64,000 nucleotides of DNA from Torpedo marmorata (taxonomy: Eukaryota). A model generated the notes under the pieces. The model was not told where the DNA came from. It saw nothing but the letters and a program-made list of their open reading frames with translations, and searched no databases. A program made the position numbers and the translations under genes. This document shows, piece by piece, positions 12,466 through 25,399 of this stretch (positions within the stretch are counted from its first letter, which is position 1; each line of letters starts with the position of its first letter). The stretch lies in the NCBI GenBank assembly GCA_977017645.1, contig OZ360229.1, forward strand, positions 26,288,001 to 26,352,000, read 5' to 3'.

Positions 12466-13659
12466 AATTCTGTTTCTCTCTCCACAAATGTTGCCCAACC
12501 AGTTAAGTATATCCCACACATTCTGTTTAATTCACAGTCCATCACTACTTTCTTTGCTTGCTTTGTCATGTAAATCAGTCACACTCCCTGTTCCCACCAA
12601 TCCTCCCTTTTATTCTCTCTTCTGCATGATATCCCTCCCTCTCTGTGCAACCCACGACAGCCTTGTGACCCACAAAACTCTCCCCATACTCCTCGGCTCT
12701 GTACTTGCTCAAAAATCTGTTAAATCTCAAAGAAAATATTATCAAAAAGAGGCATTAGTCCTTTTTCTCTCTACGTATAAGTGAATGTGTATGCAGCATC
12801 AGTAAATTTTGCAATACAGGTATTACGTTCCGTTGTGGATCTGGAAATTCACACGCTCAGGTTAATGTGTGAACAGCAGTTTCAGCAAGTGCCTGGTTTA
12901 ACTGCTCCTCTTTGCAGAAGTCAATTATTCCCCTTTCCAGCCGTCAATACTGACAACAGCAGAATTACTGTAAGGTAGGTTTATCTTTATTTCTTTCTCT
13001 TGTATGCAGCAGTCTAATATTTTCCACTTTATTGAATTTTATTTCCTCGCAGCCCTGCTAAGAGGAAAGCCCCCGATAGTTTGCTTTAACGAGAAATTAA
13101 CCAAGGTGCCGCAGAATGTTTCCAGATGTGCTGGGGTGAGAAATATGCACCATTCACGTGGCAGTAGCAGATAGAGTCGTCTTCTGCAAGGATTGAGCTG
13201 TAAATGACGTAGGTTAAGGTCAGCTGAGAGTAAACCGTGAGATCGATTCGGGTCATCCGGTGAAAGCCCCGTTTCCTCTTTCTCTCTGTTCTGAGGTTTT
13301 GATAATCTTGCTGTGGTAAACCTGCCCATGTGTCTCTGTGTGCCTCGGGAGGAAATTGTCAATTCCTGTTCAACATACAACTTCTTCCTTGAAATTTCAT
13401 TTGATGATTAGGAACAGATTTTACTTTTTTTTTTGATGACGGAGGATTCTACAGAAGCCTTTCGAGAAATGCAAGGGGTTTCATTTTTCATGAGAATGTA
13501 CAATGATAGTCAGAGGTGCTCATTGTACCAAGAATTCTATCAAATGTGTGATGTCTGCTTTGCAAAGAAAGATACTCTTTCCTTTTTTTTATCTTCTCTC
13601 AGTTTTATTCTCGCAGAAATCAGGATTGTAGATGAGTTCTGCACCTACTCATGATTGAG

Positions 13660-14420
13660 TCAGTCATAGGGTGGCACAGCACAGAAATGCACCTGTCTGC
13701 CCAACTTATCCATGCCAACCATAATGCTCAACTACGCTCACCCATTTGCCCACTTAAGTCCATATTCCTGTATTCCTTTCCTATGTATTAAGTAGATGTC
13801 CGAATGCCTTTTAAACATTGTAATTGTATCTGCCACCACCACTTCCTTTGGCAGCTTGTTTTTTGTTTTTTTTTAAATATTTTATTTAAATTTTTAAATC
13901 ACAGAATACATAATTCAGAATATATAATCTCCAAAATACAGTGATATAAATTTCCTCCCCCCAAACCCTCCCTCCCCTCCCTAACCCCCCCAAACCCACT
14001 AATCTAAAAAAAAAGAAAAATAAAAAAAAAAGATAGATTAATAGTGAGGAGAGAACCATCTAAAAAACTTATGTTATCTTGGAGGTTAAACTCGCTAATA
14101 GACCTGATTTCTAAAAAATTTTTAGATCCTTAAACCCATAAGTCTCATGTATGGGCTCCAAATTTTTAAAAATGAATGATATTTATTACGTAAATTATAA
14201 GTAATTTTTTCCAAAGGAATACATGAACGAAGTTCTGCATGCCATCTATCTAAATTTAAATCTAAGTCTGATTTTCCTTTGGCAGCTTGTTCCATATACC
14301 CACTGCCTTCTGTGTGAAAACTTGGCTCCTCTTATCTTGCTTCTCAGAGCAATGTCTCCCCTCTCACCCAAACCAATGCCATCTAGTTTTAGAGCCTCCT
14401 ATCCCAGGAAAGAGACTCTG
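13660..14420 (-). mobile_element. Degraded CR1 3' fragment hosting an L1 tail
   Basis: Similar to the CR1 3' end at 19975-20300. Confidence 0.55.
13861..14273 (-). mobile_element. L1 3' end fragment (same family as 293-2886)
   Basis: Matches 295-715; TSD TTCCTTTGGCAGCTTGTT at 13843-13860 and 14274-14291. Confidence 0.9.
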
Positions 14421-14559
14421 ATTCTACTTTATTTCTATGGGGTTTGTAACAACCCAGTATTCGCTCACTGAATTAAACATGGGTATTTGAATATTTTTAA
14501 GACAGGCTCATAGAAGTCTCAACACAATGCAGGAGGCCAGCGAGCTACAGTAGTGGCTC

Positions 14560-14985
14560 ACATCTCTACAACCTCAGGCACAACTGCTGCAGACGTCAGA
14601 TCGGACTTCTGGGGCGTGAACCCATGGAAAACAACTGGCCAAGATGGAGTCCCTGAATGCATCCATCGAGCCTGCGCAGACCAGCTGATGGGAGTACTCA
14701 GACATCTCCAACCTCTCCCCGTTACAGGATAAAGTGCTTCAAGAAAGCCGCTGTCGTCCGAGAGCCGAGAAAGAACGGAGCTATGGTCCTAAATAACTAT
14801 CAGCCGGTGGCTCTGACATACACTATCATGAAGTGCTTTGTGTGGGTTAGCCATGCATCACATTAACTCCAGCCTCCCACCCACCCTCAACCCACTCCAA
14901 TTCGCGTACTGCTGCAACAAGTCCATGGCAGATGCCATCTCAGTGGCCCTACACTCATCTCTGTAACATCTGGTCAACAAGTCAG
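14560..14985 (+). mobile_element. Degraded Rex1/Babar RT fragment
   Basis: [17 protein letters not shown]; PLQFAY. Confidence 0.7.
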
Positions 14986-15004
14986 ACTATATATAAAAAA
15001 AAAA

Positions 15005-16155
15005 TGACAGCCTGCCGGAGCTGCTGCGATGTCATCACTGCTGATACGGACATGGGAGAGCAGGGAGCAGAGACGCAGCGCTGCTCCGCAGGGTCGTACC
15101 ACCTGGTCTTAATGTCGACGTCTCTGTACATGATTTAAATGGCCTGTTAAAGGAGCTGACGGTGTTTTATTTTTAAATCTTGCTACCGCGTGGTCTGTTC
15201 CCAAGATGGCGGTGCCTGTGCTGGCCAGCAGACCACGTGGGGTTGCAGACTCCAGGGGAGCAGCGTACCGGCGCAGGTCACCAGAAATGGGGAGAACACC
15301 CCCTGTTCAAAAGGAGGATCATAGGAGAAGACCCTACAGGCAGGTGACCACGGCAGCGGACCAGTGAGGGGCTCAGTGGCTGAAGGACCCACACATGCTG
15401 CGGGCTGCTGGCGACGTGGTCGAAGGACCCATACAGGCTGCGGGCTGCTGAAGACTGGTTCATGGGAACTAGGTATCGGAACCAGGATTCAAGAGGGTAC
15501 TGAGGGCAAGAAGGGCTCCCGAACTACCTCAGGCGCTGAAAGCTTCCTTATCGCATTGGAGGTTTGGATCTGGAGCTCGGGTTGCCGATCGATTGAACAG
15601 GAGTCTATGCAGCTGCAGAGGCTGCGGGAATGCTGGAGACGAATCCACAGATGCTCAGTGTCTCTGAAGGGACTCTCTTTTGCTTCTCTTTCTCTTACTG
15701 TTAGGGCCGCTGGGCAATGCTCGTGGCGACTCTGTTTGCCTTACAGCAGGCAAAAGGAAATTTTGTGTCCCCGGGTTACGAACAAGATCCGTTCCTATGT
15801 CTGTCTTTAAGTTGAATTTGTAGATAAGTCGGAACAGTTATATATGGTTCTTATTTAGCGTCAGTTAGTCAAATGTTTGACTTAGTACTGTAAAAAAAAT
15901 TAAAGAAACAGTTCTTAAAACAGTTTAGATAGAAAAAAAAAGAAAAAAGATCATGATTAAAAGTTAACACTTACTCTTGTTCCATTGATGTCTTGCATAC
16001 CGGAAGGGGCATTTGTGAGGTAACATTATGCGCATGCGGTAATTGGGGAACAATTTGTTGGTAAGTACGAGTTGTCCGTAAGTCGGACGTTCGTAACCCG
16101 GGGACTCCCTGTATTACATTTTTTGTATTACATGACAATAAAAGGAATCTTGGAT
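15005..16155 (+). mobile_element. Non-coding GC-rich retroposon with Rex1-like 3' tail, interrupted by a MITE
   Basis: Resembles the minus-strand sequence at 24465-24934 and 30938-31290; ends CATGACAATAAAAGGAATCTTG. Confidence 0.45.
15767..16111. mobile_element. Tigger/pogo-like MITE, left end clipped
   Basis: Inverted repeat GTCCCCGGGTTACGAAC ... GTTCGTAACCCGGGGAC, ending TCCCTG|TA. Confidence 0.75.
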
Positions 16156-16194
16156 CTCTTGGCTGTAGCTTCACCTTCACAATAGTACCAAGCA

Positions 16195-17070
16195 ATCTCA
16201 TCCCAAACTATGCGACCTTGGCATCAGCACTCCCATCCCCCCTGCAATAGGATCAATGGTTCCTATCCTGCAGGCCGCAATTGTGAGGATTGGTGGCAGC
16301 ACCATCTCCATGATCATCCTCAACACCAGGCTACCACAAGGCTGTGTACTCAGTCCCTTACCACTCTTCCTGTACACCCATGACTGCGTGGCCAAACACC
16401 GCTCCAACTCCATCTGTAAATTCATGGATGAGACCACCATGGTAGGCAGGATGTCTAATAATGATGAGACAGAGTGCACAATGGAGATAGAGGGACTTGT
16501 AGCCCAGTGCTTCGACAACCACCTCTCCCTCAATGTCAGCAAGACCAAGGAGCTGGTCATAGTTACGGAAGAGGCGCAACTCACCCCTGGGTCGGCATCA
16601 GCGATGCTGAGGTGGAGATAGTAGTGCCCTGCCCTGGTCCACCCAAATCAATACAATAGCCAGGAAAATACAGCAGCACTACTTCCTCAAAAGCCTGAAG
16701 AAATTTGGCGTGCCAACTGCACACCTCAATAACCTTTACAGATGCACCATTGAAAGCATCCTATCAGGGTACGGGTACTGCTCAGCCCAAACCTAGAAGA
16801 AATCACAAAGGGTTCTGATCATAGCTCAGTCCCATCACACAAACTCCCCTTCCCTCCATCGACTCCATTTACCGGTACAATTCCTACTGCCTTGGAAAAG
16901 AAGCCAACGTATTAAAAGATTCATCCCACCCCAGCCACCGCCCCCCTCAATCACCCCCACTCCCCTCCCCCACCCCTTCACGTCGGGAAGAAGATTCACA
17001 AGTGTGAGATCACGCACCACCAGATACTAGGACACTTTCTTTCCAGTTGTTATCAGATTCCTGAATGAAA
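16195..17070 (+). mobile_element. Degraded Rex1/Babar fragment
   Basis: [26 protein letters not shown]. Confidence 0.8.
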
Positions 17071-19085
17071 TTCAGAATCAAAATTTATTGTCATGGACAT
17101 GTCACGAAATTCGTTGTTTTGCGGCAGCATTACCGTGCAAACATTTACATAAACCATATTACAAAATAAATAAAAATAGTGCAAGAAAAAGAAAAAGACA
17201 AAGTAAGGCAGTGTCTGTGGTTCATTGTTCATTCAGGAATCTGATGGCAGCGGGGAAGAAGCTGTCCTTGTGCCGTTGAGTGCTCGTCTTCAGGCTCCTG
17301 TACCTTTTTCCCGATGGTAGCAGAGTGAAGAGGGCATGGCCTGGGTGGTAGGGGTCCTTGAGGATAGAGGCTGCTTCCTTAAGACACTGCTTCTTGTAGA
17401 TGTCCTCAATGGAGTGAAGACTGGTGCCCGTGATGTCGCAGGCCGAGTTGACAACCCTCTGGAATTTTTTCTTGTCCTGAGCATTAGCACCTCCATACCA
17501 GACAGTGATGCAGCCAACCAGAATGCTCTCCACAGTACACCTGTAGATGTTTTCAAGTGTCGTTGGTGATATACTGAATCCCATCAAATTCCTCACAAAG
17601 TGTAGCCGCTAGTGAGCCTTCTTCGTGATTGCATCAACATGGAGGTTCCAGGACAGATCCTCGGAGATGTTGAATTGTGCCTGGCTGCACAGTCATGGGT
17701 GTATAATGAGTAGAGCAGTGGGCTAAGCACGCATCCTTGAGGTGCACCTGTGTTGATCGTCAGTAAGGAGGAGATGTTTCCAATTCATACTGACTGTGAT
17801 CTTCCAATGAGGAAGTCAAGGATCCATTTGTAGAGGGGGTTGCAGAGGCCCAGGGTTTCGAACTTGTTGACCTGCACTGAGGAAATAATGGTGTTGAAGG
17901 CCGAGCTGTAGTCGATGAAGAGCAGCCGTATGTATGAGTTTCTGTTTTCTCCATGATCCAGAGCTGAGTAGAGAGCCAGTGATATTGCCTCTGCTGTGGA
18001 GCGATTGTGACAGCAGGCGAATGGCAGTGGGTTCAGTCCTTTACTTACCGAATTTGATGGCATATAAGACCCACTTTTTTCCCAAAAAATGGCTCAAAAA
18101 TATCCCCCGGGTCTTATATGCGCAGTTGAAATTAGGGTGATGATGGTGAGTAACGCCAACAGTGATCATCGTCGCTGCGTGGCTCACTCGCATCACCGCC
18201 ATCTATCATTGGGGGCTGGTGACTGACTGTCGGGAGACTCTCCCGGCGGCCCACTGTTAGTCCCTGCACTGGTCCCGCTGCCCCGCTCTCTCCCGGCGGC
18301 CTACTGTTGGTCCCAATACTGATCCCACCGCCCCGCTCTCCACCCCCCCCCCGACAGCCCACCACCAGTCCCCACACTGATCTCACCGCCCCGCTCCCCC
18401 CCCCCGGAAGTTAGCAGGGCAGCGCGATCAGTGCGGGGACCGACAGCGGGCCGCCAGGAGAGAGCAGGGCAGCGGGACCAGCGCGGGGACCAACAGCGGC
18501 AGTTTGTTTTTATGAAATGTTTTCTGCTATAGCTAAGCTGCTTTTCTTTTCTCTTGTAAATTACAGCAGTATTATTATTAAAAAGATTTTTCCTGTTGTC
18601 CTAGTTGCATGTTTTGTTCAAGTTTTTTTTCTGCTATACTGTAGCTACATATTTCAATAACGTTAAATGCTTACCCATAAATACACTAAAAAAATTCTTA
18701 ATATTCCCTGCTGAAATGGAGGGGGGGGTTTTATATGCTTGTGGGTCTTATATGCCATGAAATACGGTAGGTACATGTTAATTCTGGCCATGACCAACCT
18801 CTTAAAGCATATCATCACAGTAGATGTGAGGGCTACTGGGCGATAGTCGTTGAGGCAGCTCACCCTGCTCTTCTGGGGCATGATTGATGCCCTTTTGAAG
18901 CAGGTGGGAATCTCCGACTACAGCTGTAAGAGATTGAAAATGTCCGTGAACACTCCGGCTAGTTGGTTGGCACAGATATACAGTACCTTGCCAGGTACGC
19001 TGTCAGGGCCTAACGCCTTGCGAGGGTTCACCCTCTTGAATGATGTTCTGACGTCGGCTTCAGAGACAGATATCACAGGGTCCTC
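17070..19085 (-). mobile_element. Rex1/Babar LINE fragment with internal deletion, interrupted by a MITE
   Basis: [31 protein letters not shown]; (TTCTGA)n tail. Confidence 0.85.
18048..18767. mobile_element. Tc1/mariner (Tc2-type CCGTA ends) MITE
   Basis: 27-bp TIR CCGWATTTSATGGCATATAAGACCCAC. TA duplication at 18046 and 18768; removal restores Rex1 MYLSKG. Confidence 0.9.
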
Positions 19086-19249
19086 AGCCTTTCAATTATG
19101 TTACCTTTTCTCTTAACAACAGATCTCTATCTGTAACTCTTGCACTGTGCTTTACATGTTGTCATATGTATGGGATGTCTGGCTAGCCTGCTTGCAAAAC
19201 AAACTTTATCACTGCACCTTGCTAATTGTGACAATAAAACTTAAATACA

Positions 19250-19710
19250 ACTCTGGCTACCACACTGCAGAAAGGATGTGACGACACTGGAGAGGGTATA
19301 GAGGAAATTTATGCCAAGGATATAGTGGCTGGAGAAGTTTAATTATAAAAGATTTGGTGTTGTTTAGTTTTGAATATGGAAGGCTGAGGATACATTTCAC
19401 TCAATTGCTTAAATAATGTTCTCAAAGAAAAATTGACCAGGGAGAACTTATTTCCCTGAACATAGATCAATTGGAGGGCATAGGTTAAAGGTAATAGAAG
19501 GATTGGAGGGGAGTTCTTCAGGCAAGGGATAGTGAGGGTCTGAATTCCCTTTCTGAAAAACTACTGAAGACAGCAGTCATATTTTGAAAAGACTTAAATT
19601 AGGATTTGATATGTCATAGACCATCAGGCCACATTCTAAAAGCTGGGAAGTGGCATTAGTTCAGATAGACCTATTTTTGGCTGGTAAGGACACAATGGCC
19701 TGAATGACTT
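19250..19710 (+). mobile_element. Highly degraded CR1 3' fragment
   Basis: Weak similarity to the CR1 ORF2 end and tail. Confidence 0.5.
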
Positions 19711-19715
19711 TCTTT

Positions 19716-19968
19716 TAATTTTAAATTTAAATTTAGATATACAGCATGATGACAGCCCCATGAGCCCGTGCCGCCCGATTACAACCAATTAACCTCTAAC
19801 CCCTGTTCATTTTGAAGGGTGGGAGAAAACCGGAGCATCCGAAGGAAACCCACGTAGACACGGGGAGAACGTACAAACTCCTTACAGACAGCGCGGGATT
19901 CGAACCCCAGTCCCGATCGCTGGTGCTGTAACAGTGTTGCACTAACTGCTACGCCAACCGTGCCACCC
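19716..19968 (-). mobile_element. tRNA-derived V-SINE (HE1-like)
   Basis: Pol III A/B boxes (TGGCGTAGCAG, GTTCGAATCC), GGAGTTTGTACGTTCTCCCCGTG core, AAATTT tail. Confidence 0.85.
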
Positions 19969-19971
19969 ATT

Positions 19972-21882
19972 TTAACCATATATATAACCATATAACAATT
20001 ACAGCACGGAAACAGGCCATTAGGCCCTTCCAGTCCGCACCGAACCAAACATTCCTATCTAGTCCCACCTACCTGCACCCTGCCCATAACCCTCCACTTC
20101 CTTCTCATCCATATACTTGTCCAACTTTTTCTTAAATAATAAAATTGACTCTGCCGCCACTACTTCTCCTGGAAGCTCATTCCACACCGCTACCACTCTC
20201 TGAGTAAAGAAGTTCCCCCTCATGTTACCTCTAAACCTCTGCCCCTTAACTCTTAGCTCATGTCCTCTTGTTTCAATCTCTCCTATTCTTAATGGAAATA
20301 GTCTATCCACATCCACTCTGTCTATCCCTTTCATAATTTTAAATACCTCTATCAATTCCCCTCTCAACCTTCTACGCTCCAAAGAATAAAGACCTAATAT
20401 GCTCAATCTCTCCTTGTACTCTAGATTCTTAAACACAGGTAACATTCTGGTAAACCTTCTCTGCACTCTCTCCACTTTGTTGATATCCTTCCTATAATTT
20501 GGCGACCAGAACTGCACACAGAACTCTAAATTAGGCCGCACCAAAGCCTTATATAATCTCAACATCACTTCCCAACTCCTATATTCTATGCAATGATTGA
20601 TAAAGGCCAGCATACTAAAAGCCTTCTTCACCACCCTATTCACATGAGTTTTCACCTTCAGGGAACAATGCACCGTTATTCCTAAATCTTTCTGCTCTTC
20701 TGTATTCATCAATGCTCTCCCATTTACTACATATGTCCTGTTTTGATTCTTCTTACCAAAATGAAGCACCTCACACTTATCAGCATTAAACTCCATCTGC
20801 CATTTTTCAGCCCACTTTTCTAAGCAGCCCAAATCCCTCTGCAATCCTTGAAAACCTTCTTCATTATCCACTATTCCACCTATCTTAGTATCATCTGCAT
20901 ATTTACTAATCCAGTTTACCACCTGTTATGGACCATGACTGACCATTTGGACTGCGGACGGTCAGCAGGAAGGATGAATTCTTTTGGAGTATACACTGGG
21001 GCCAGGTACTGAAAGAGTTAACTTCCCCAGCTACTTGGTGTACCCAGACAAGATACATTGTTGCACTCTTGGTGTACCCAGACAGAGAGAGACCAGAGAG
21101 AGAGAGACAGGCTAGACAAGATACATTTGTTTCACTTCTGCAAAAAGCAGGGGCAGATCTCTGCAAAGCACACAGTTGTGAGTTGCAAGGCTACAAGACA
21201 CAGCCAAATCCAGGTGTGTGCAAAGTCAGAGAAAGACTGACAGAATAGCACATGGCCTCCTGTCTCAGAGAAATTCTGAGAAAAAGCAACTTCTGTGGAG
21301 AACAGGCGTGAGATCAGCGAGACTATCTGTGAGATTCAAGCATACGCCTAAATCAGTGGTATACTGATCTGGAACTTGCAATCCTTATGAACCTACAAGA
21401 AGGGAACGTCATCAGAGAAGAAAACAAGTATTTGTAAGCATAAACAGTCATTGTCTCTCTCCAACGTTCATTCAGAAGTACTTCTACCAGACACAGAGTT
21501 GAATTGAAGCCTGAACTTAGAGAGTGGATCTTGTGGACTGTATTATTCTCTTGTTTTGACTGACTTGTTTTTTTATGACTGACCTGGGGTTTTTTTTTTG
21601 GGAAAGTTTTTCCATTTTTACATAAGGGTTGGGCACAGACTGTAATGGTCTGGGCTTTACACACACACACATACACCGTTTAGATAAGAATAGAGTTTAT
21701 AGATGTTTATAGTGGGGTTAATTGTTGTGAAATTATATGTTTACTTGTGTTTAATAAATAATAATTTCAATTTTACCCCTTTTGCATTGCGTCTTCTGTC
21801 GTTGCTGGTTTGATTTTGTAACACACCCCATCATCTAGATCATTGATATATATAACGAACAACAATGGGCCCAATACAGATC
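19972..21882 (-). mobile_element. CR1 LINE, 5'-truncated, interrupted by a solo LTR
   Basis: ORF 20059-20922 (KYADDTK, QFWSP, LERRRLRG) continues at 21824-21882 (GSVLGPLLF); (TATGGTTA)n tail. Confidence 0.92.
20924..21823 (+). mobile_element. Solo LTR, 900 bp
   Basis: TGTTA...TAACA ends, 4-bp TSD CACC, AATAAA near 21752; second copy at 26478-27369. Confidence 0.92.
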
Positions 21883-21999
21883 CAAGTTTCTGTAATATCG
21901 TGATTCTATTCAGTCTGTTTGCAATGTTGGCTCTTAGGGAGAGGTTCAATTGGTTTGACTGTCTATATAGTCTCCACAGCTCTGGGATCATCTCCTTTT

Positions 22000-23030
22000 C
22001 AAGTGTTTATCCTATTCCATTTTAAGGATACCATTGATCTACTTTTCCCTGTCCTTTTGGTGCATTGCAGGTCATATCTCCACTGGGTACACCTTGGTAA
22101 TTTTTCCAGTTGTCTAAAGTCTGTCAGAATTTTGAACATCTTTATTAACTTGTACCTGAATGAGAATAATACCAGCTTCACCCTGAATGCTTTAGAACTA
22201 TTCGCAGTATCAGTAAATCCCCTACGCTCTCTCTCCAAGGTATTTACTTCAATATGGTGCCCAGAAAATGACACAATGCTCCAGGTGAATACTAACCACT
22301 GATTTATAAAAGATTGCAATTTTTTGCTAACACAGACAGGGAAGATTTCCATTCCTTTACTCAAAATAGAACATTTGTTTCTAAACTAGAATAAACTATT
22401 CATGATCTTGCTCCTACTCCATAGACTTAATGACCTGACTTTTAGATTCAGCAGAGCTATTCTCAGTGTTGTGGTCTTGTAGCCAATGGGCGGTTCGATG
22501 TTCTCAGTGGAATGTACGTCAGCATGAATCTGGTGATTGGGCAGTGGTTTCTCTTCCCCAGAGATTTCTAAAACGTTTGATGATCATATCAGTTGGGACT
22601 CAATGGGCAGCTTATTCACTTCCATATGACTAGAGTTCTAGAGTTATACAGCATGGAAACAGGCCACTTGGCCCATCATGTTCACGCCACCCAGTAAGCA
22701 CCAATCTGCACTAATCCCATCTTCCAGACTTGGACCAGAGCCTTCGATGCTTAGGTGTCTACACACTTCCTAAATGCTGTCAGTGACTCTGATTCCACCA
22801 CTCCCTCAACCAGTATATTCAAGGTGCTCACCACTCACTTGGTGGAATAGGACACCCCAGCAGATCGCTTGTAAATGTCTTATCCCTTACAGTGATTTTT
22901 ATGTCCTCTCATTTTATCTACCTCTGATAGAGGGAAACTTTTCCTGCAGTCTATCCTGTCTATACTCTTCATGATTTTATATACCTTGATCAAGTCCCCT
23001 CCTCACCTTTTGCCATCTTAAAAGCCTTTG
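22000..23030 (-). mobile_element. Two degraded CR1 3' fragments (about 22000-22400 and 22640-23030)
   Basis: Remnants of the CVQFWSP region and CR1 tail motif. Confidence 0.5.
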
Positions 23031-23039
23031 ACTTCGATG

Positions 23040-23777
23040 TAGAACACCTTCCTCAAATTTCCATGCTGAAATTCAAAGTTATTTTATATTTGTCCCTCAA
23101 CAGTATTCAAGCCATTCTAGCTCAGGAGTCCACAACGTCACTGATCTCCATGAAGAGTGGTGTCAAACAAGGCTGCACCATTGTCCCGACTCTTCTTCCA
23201 ATCTTTATCTTCCAACGAACCTGGTGAAAACAAAAGAAGAAAATGCTGGAAACAATGGCAGGTGAGCCAGTGTCTTTGTAAAGAGAAAATAATTGAATGT
23301 TTCAGGTCAAAGACCCTTTGTTGGTGTGACTGCTCCCTTAATTTTCCACAGAGCTGTTGCAGAGGGTGGATCATATCCACTATGCCACTTGATGGACAAA
23401 ATCCACAGCAACAATTCAGGAAGAAGCTCTTTCAAGTTCTAATGAAGGCTCTTGGCCCTGGAACATTAATTCTATTTCTCGTTCCATAGATGCTGCCTGT
23501 GCAGTATTTGTAGCATTTTCTGTTTTTATTTCAGATTTCTAGCATCTGTAGCTTTTTGGTTTTCAAGTTCCCATGGGAGTGGACCTAATCTTCAGAGCTC
23601 ATGGGAAACAGTCCAATGTGCGGCAACTATACTCCAGAAACAAAGTCAGTCAAAGCTCTGTAGTTGAACTACAGTTTACACACTCTCAGAGATCAAGCTC
23701 CAAGCTATTACTGATAAGTTCACTGGAACATACATGATGATGGACCTCATCCTAAATATCTGAAAGGCAAAGTCAAA
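23040..23777 (+). mobile_element. Degraded RTE-like RT fragment with short interspersed insertions
   Basis: GVKQGCTIVPTL at about 23157-23195. Confidence 0.45.
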
Positions 23778-24045
23778 GGCGGCACAGTTGGCGTAGCGGT
23801 TAGCGCAATGCCTTTACAGCGCCAGCGATCGGGACCGGACCGGGGTTCGAATCCCGCGTTGTCTGTAAGGAGTTTGTACGTTCTCCCCGTGTCTGCGTGG
23901 GTTTTCTCCGGGGGCTCCAGTTTCCTCCCACCGTTCAAAAACGTACTGGGGGTGTAGGTTAATGGAGAGTAAATTGGCGGCATGGACTCGTGGGCCAAAA
24001 TGGCCTGTTACTGTGCTGTGTATCTAAATTTAAAATTTATTTTTA
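23778..24045 (+). mobile_element. V-SINE (HE1-like)
   Basis: Same head, core and tail as the other copies. Confidence 0.88.
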
Positions 24046-24128
24046 AAAAGACAGCTCAGTGGAGCAGCTGGTAGAATTTCTGCCTCATTGTGCCAGAGAT
24101 TCACCTTCAATTCTGACCTCTGGTGCTG

Positions 24129-24407
24129 TTAAATTTTTAATTTAATTTTTGAAAATTTAGACATCAAGCACAGTAACAGACCCTTTCGGCCCACAAGCCC
24201 GTGCCATCCAATCACGCTCAATTGACCTACAACCCCCCCCCACCCCCCCGTCTTGAACGGTGGGAGGAAACTGGAGCACCCAGAGGAAACCCGTGCAGAC
24301 GTGGAGAGAATGTACAAACTCTTTACAGACAGCGCCGGACTCGAACCCCAGTCCAGGGCATTGGCTCTGTAACAGCATTGCGCTAACCACTATGCTAACC
24401 GTGCCGC
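24129..24407 (-). mobile_element. V-SINE inserted in an older SINE (about 24050-24470)
   Basis: Family consensus on the minus strand; flanks join into a degenerate SINE. Confidence 0.8.
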
Positions 24408-25399
24408 TGTCTGTGTGGAGTTTGCATTTCTCCCGGTGACACTCAGGTTTCCTTCAGCTGCTCTGGTTCAAGGTTCCTTTATTGTCATGTATATAAATAT
24501 ACAAAATCTGTTTACTTTTGTTTGCTCATAAAGGCACACAAAGAGGTGCCACTAGTCCGTCCCCCTTACCAAGAAGAGAAGAGAACCCAAAGAGAGTCCC
24601 TTCAGAGACAGAGTGTCTGAATCTCGCCACCTCCTCCAATGCCGTCACCCCCTGCGCTCCTGGAGTGTGTCCTGGATGCTCTGGTTCACCGCGCTGACTC
24701 CTATCTGGTCCAGTGGTGAACCCGAACATCCATGACACCCTCCTCGTCCCCTGGTTCCGAACCCCTGATACGATTAGGAAGCTGCCAGCGCCTGAGGCCC
24801 TTTGGGAGCCCTGCTCACCACTAGCACCCTCCTGAGTCACGGTCCTGAGTCCAGGTTCAAAGTCTCTAGCAGTCCACAGCCTGGTGTGAGGCATTTGGCT
24901 GCCAAGCCCCACGGTGGTCCGTTGCTGTGGTCTCTGTTATGGGAACGCGCATGCGCGCGTGATGTCAGGTACGCGGAGTGTTGTGGGAACGAGCATGCAC
25001 GGGTGATGTCAGGTACGCGTTGTGCATTGTGGGGAGAGTTTCAGTTTGGTGCCATCTTCAAATGAATAAAGACACGCTTACCGCTTCTCTCGAGTGATGT
25101 TATTTTCAAAGGGAAAATACACGACAAAGTGGCAACGAGGATAAACTCCGGACAACAGGATCTACAGGATTTCGGGGTAAAAGGACGGCGGAGGTGGAAA
25201 TTGAGTGAAAAAAAAGGAACGACGTCGGGCTACAGCGAGATGGAAGCACGTGCTCGGCAGCAGAAAGAAAGGAAAAGGGAAGAAACTCGAGAGGAAGACG
25301 ACAAAAAAGTGAGAATAAATTCTGGATTTACTTTGTTACTGAATAATAAGTACCGGCAGTTAAAATGACGGAAGGACGATTTGGAGAATATAAAGAAAC

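Noticed and set aside
18132-18500. GC-rich repeats as a host CpG island
   Set aside because: Internal to the TIR- and TA-bounded Tc2-type MITE.
23778-23860. tRNA genes at SINE heads
   Set aside because: A/B boxes run into the SINE core and CR1-like tail in at least seven copies; no complete cloverleaf.
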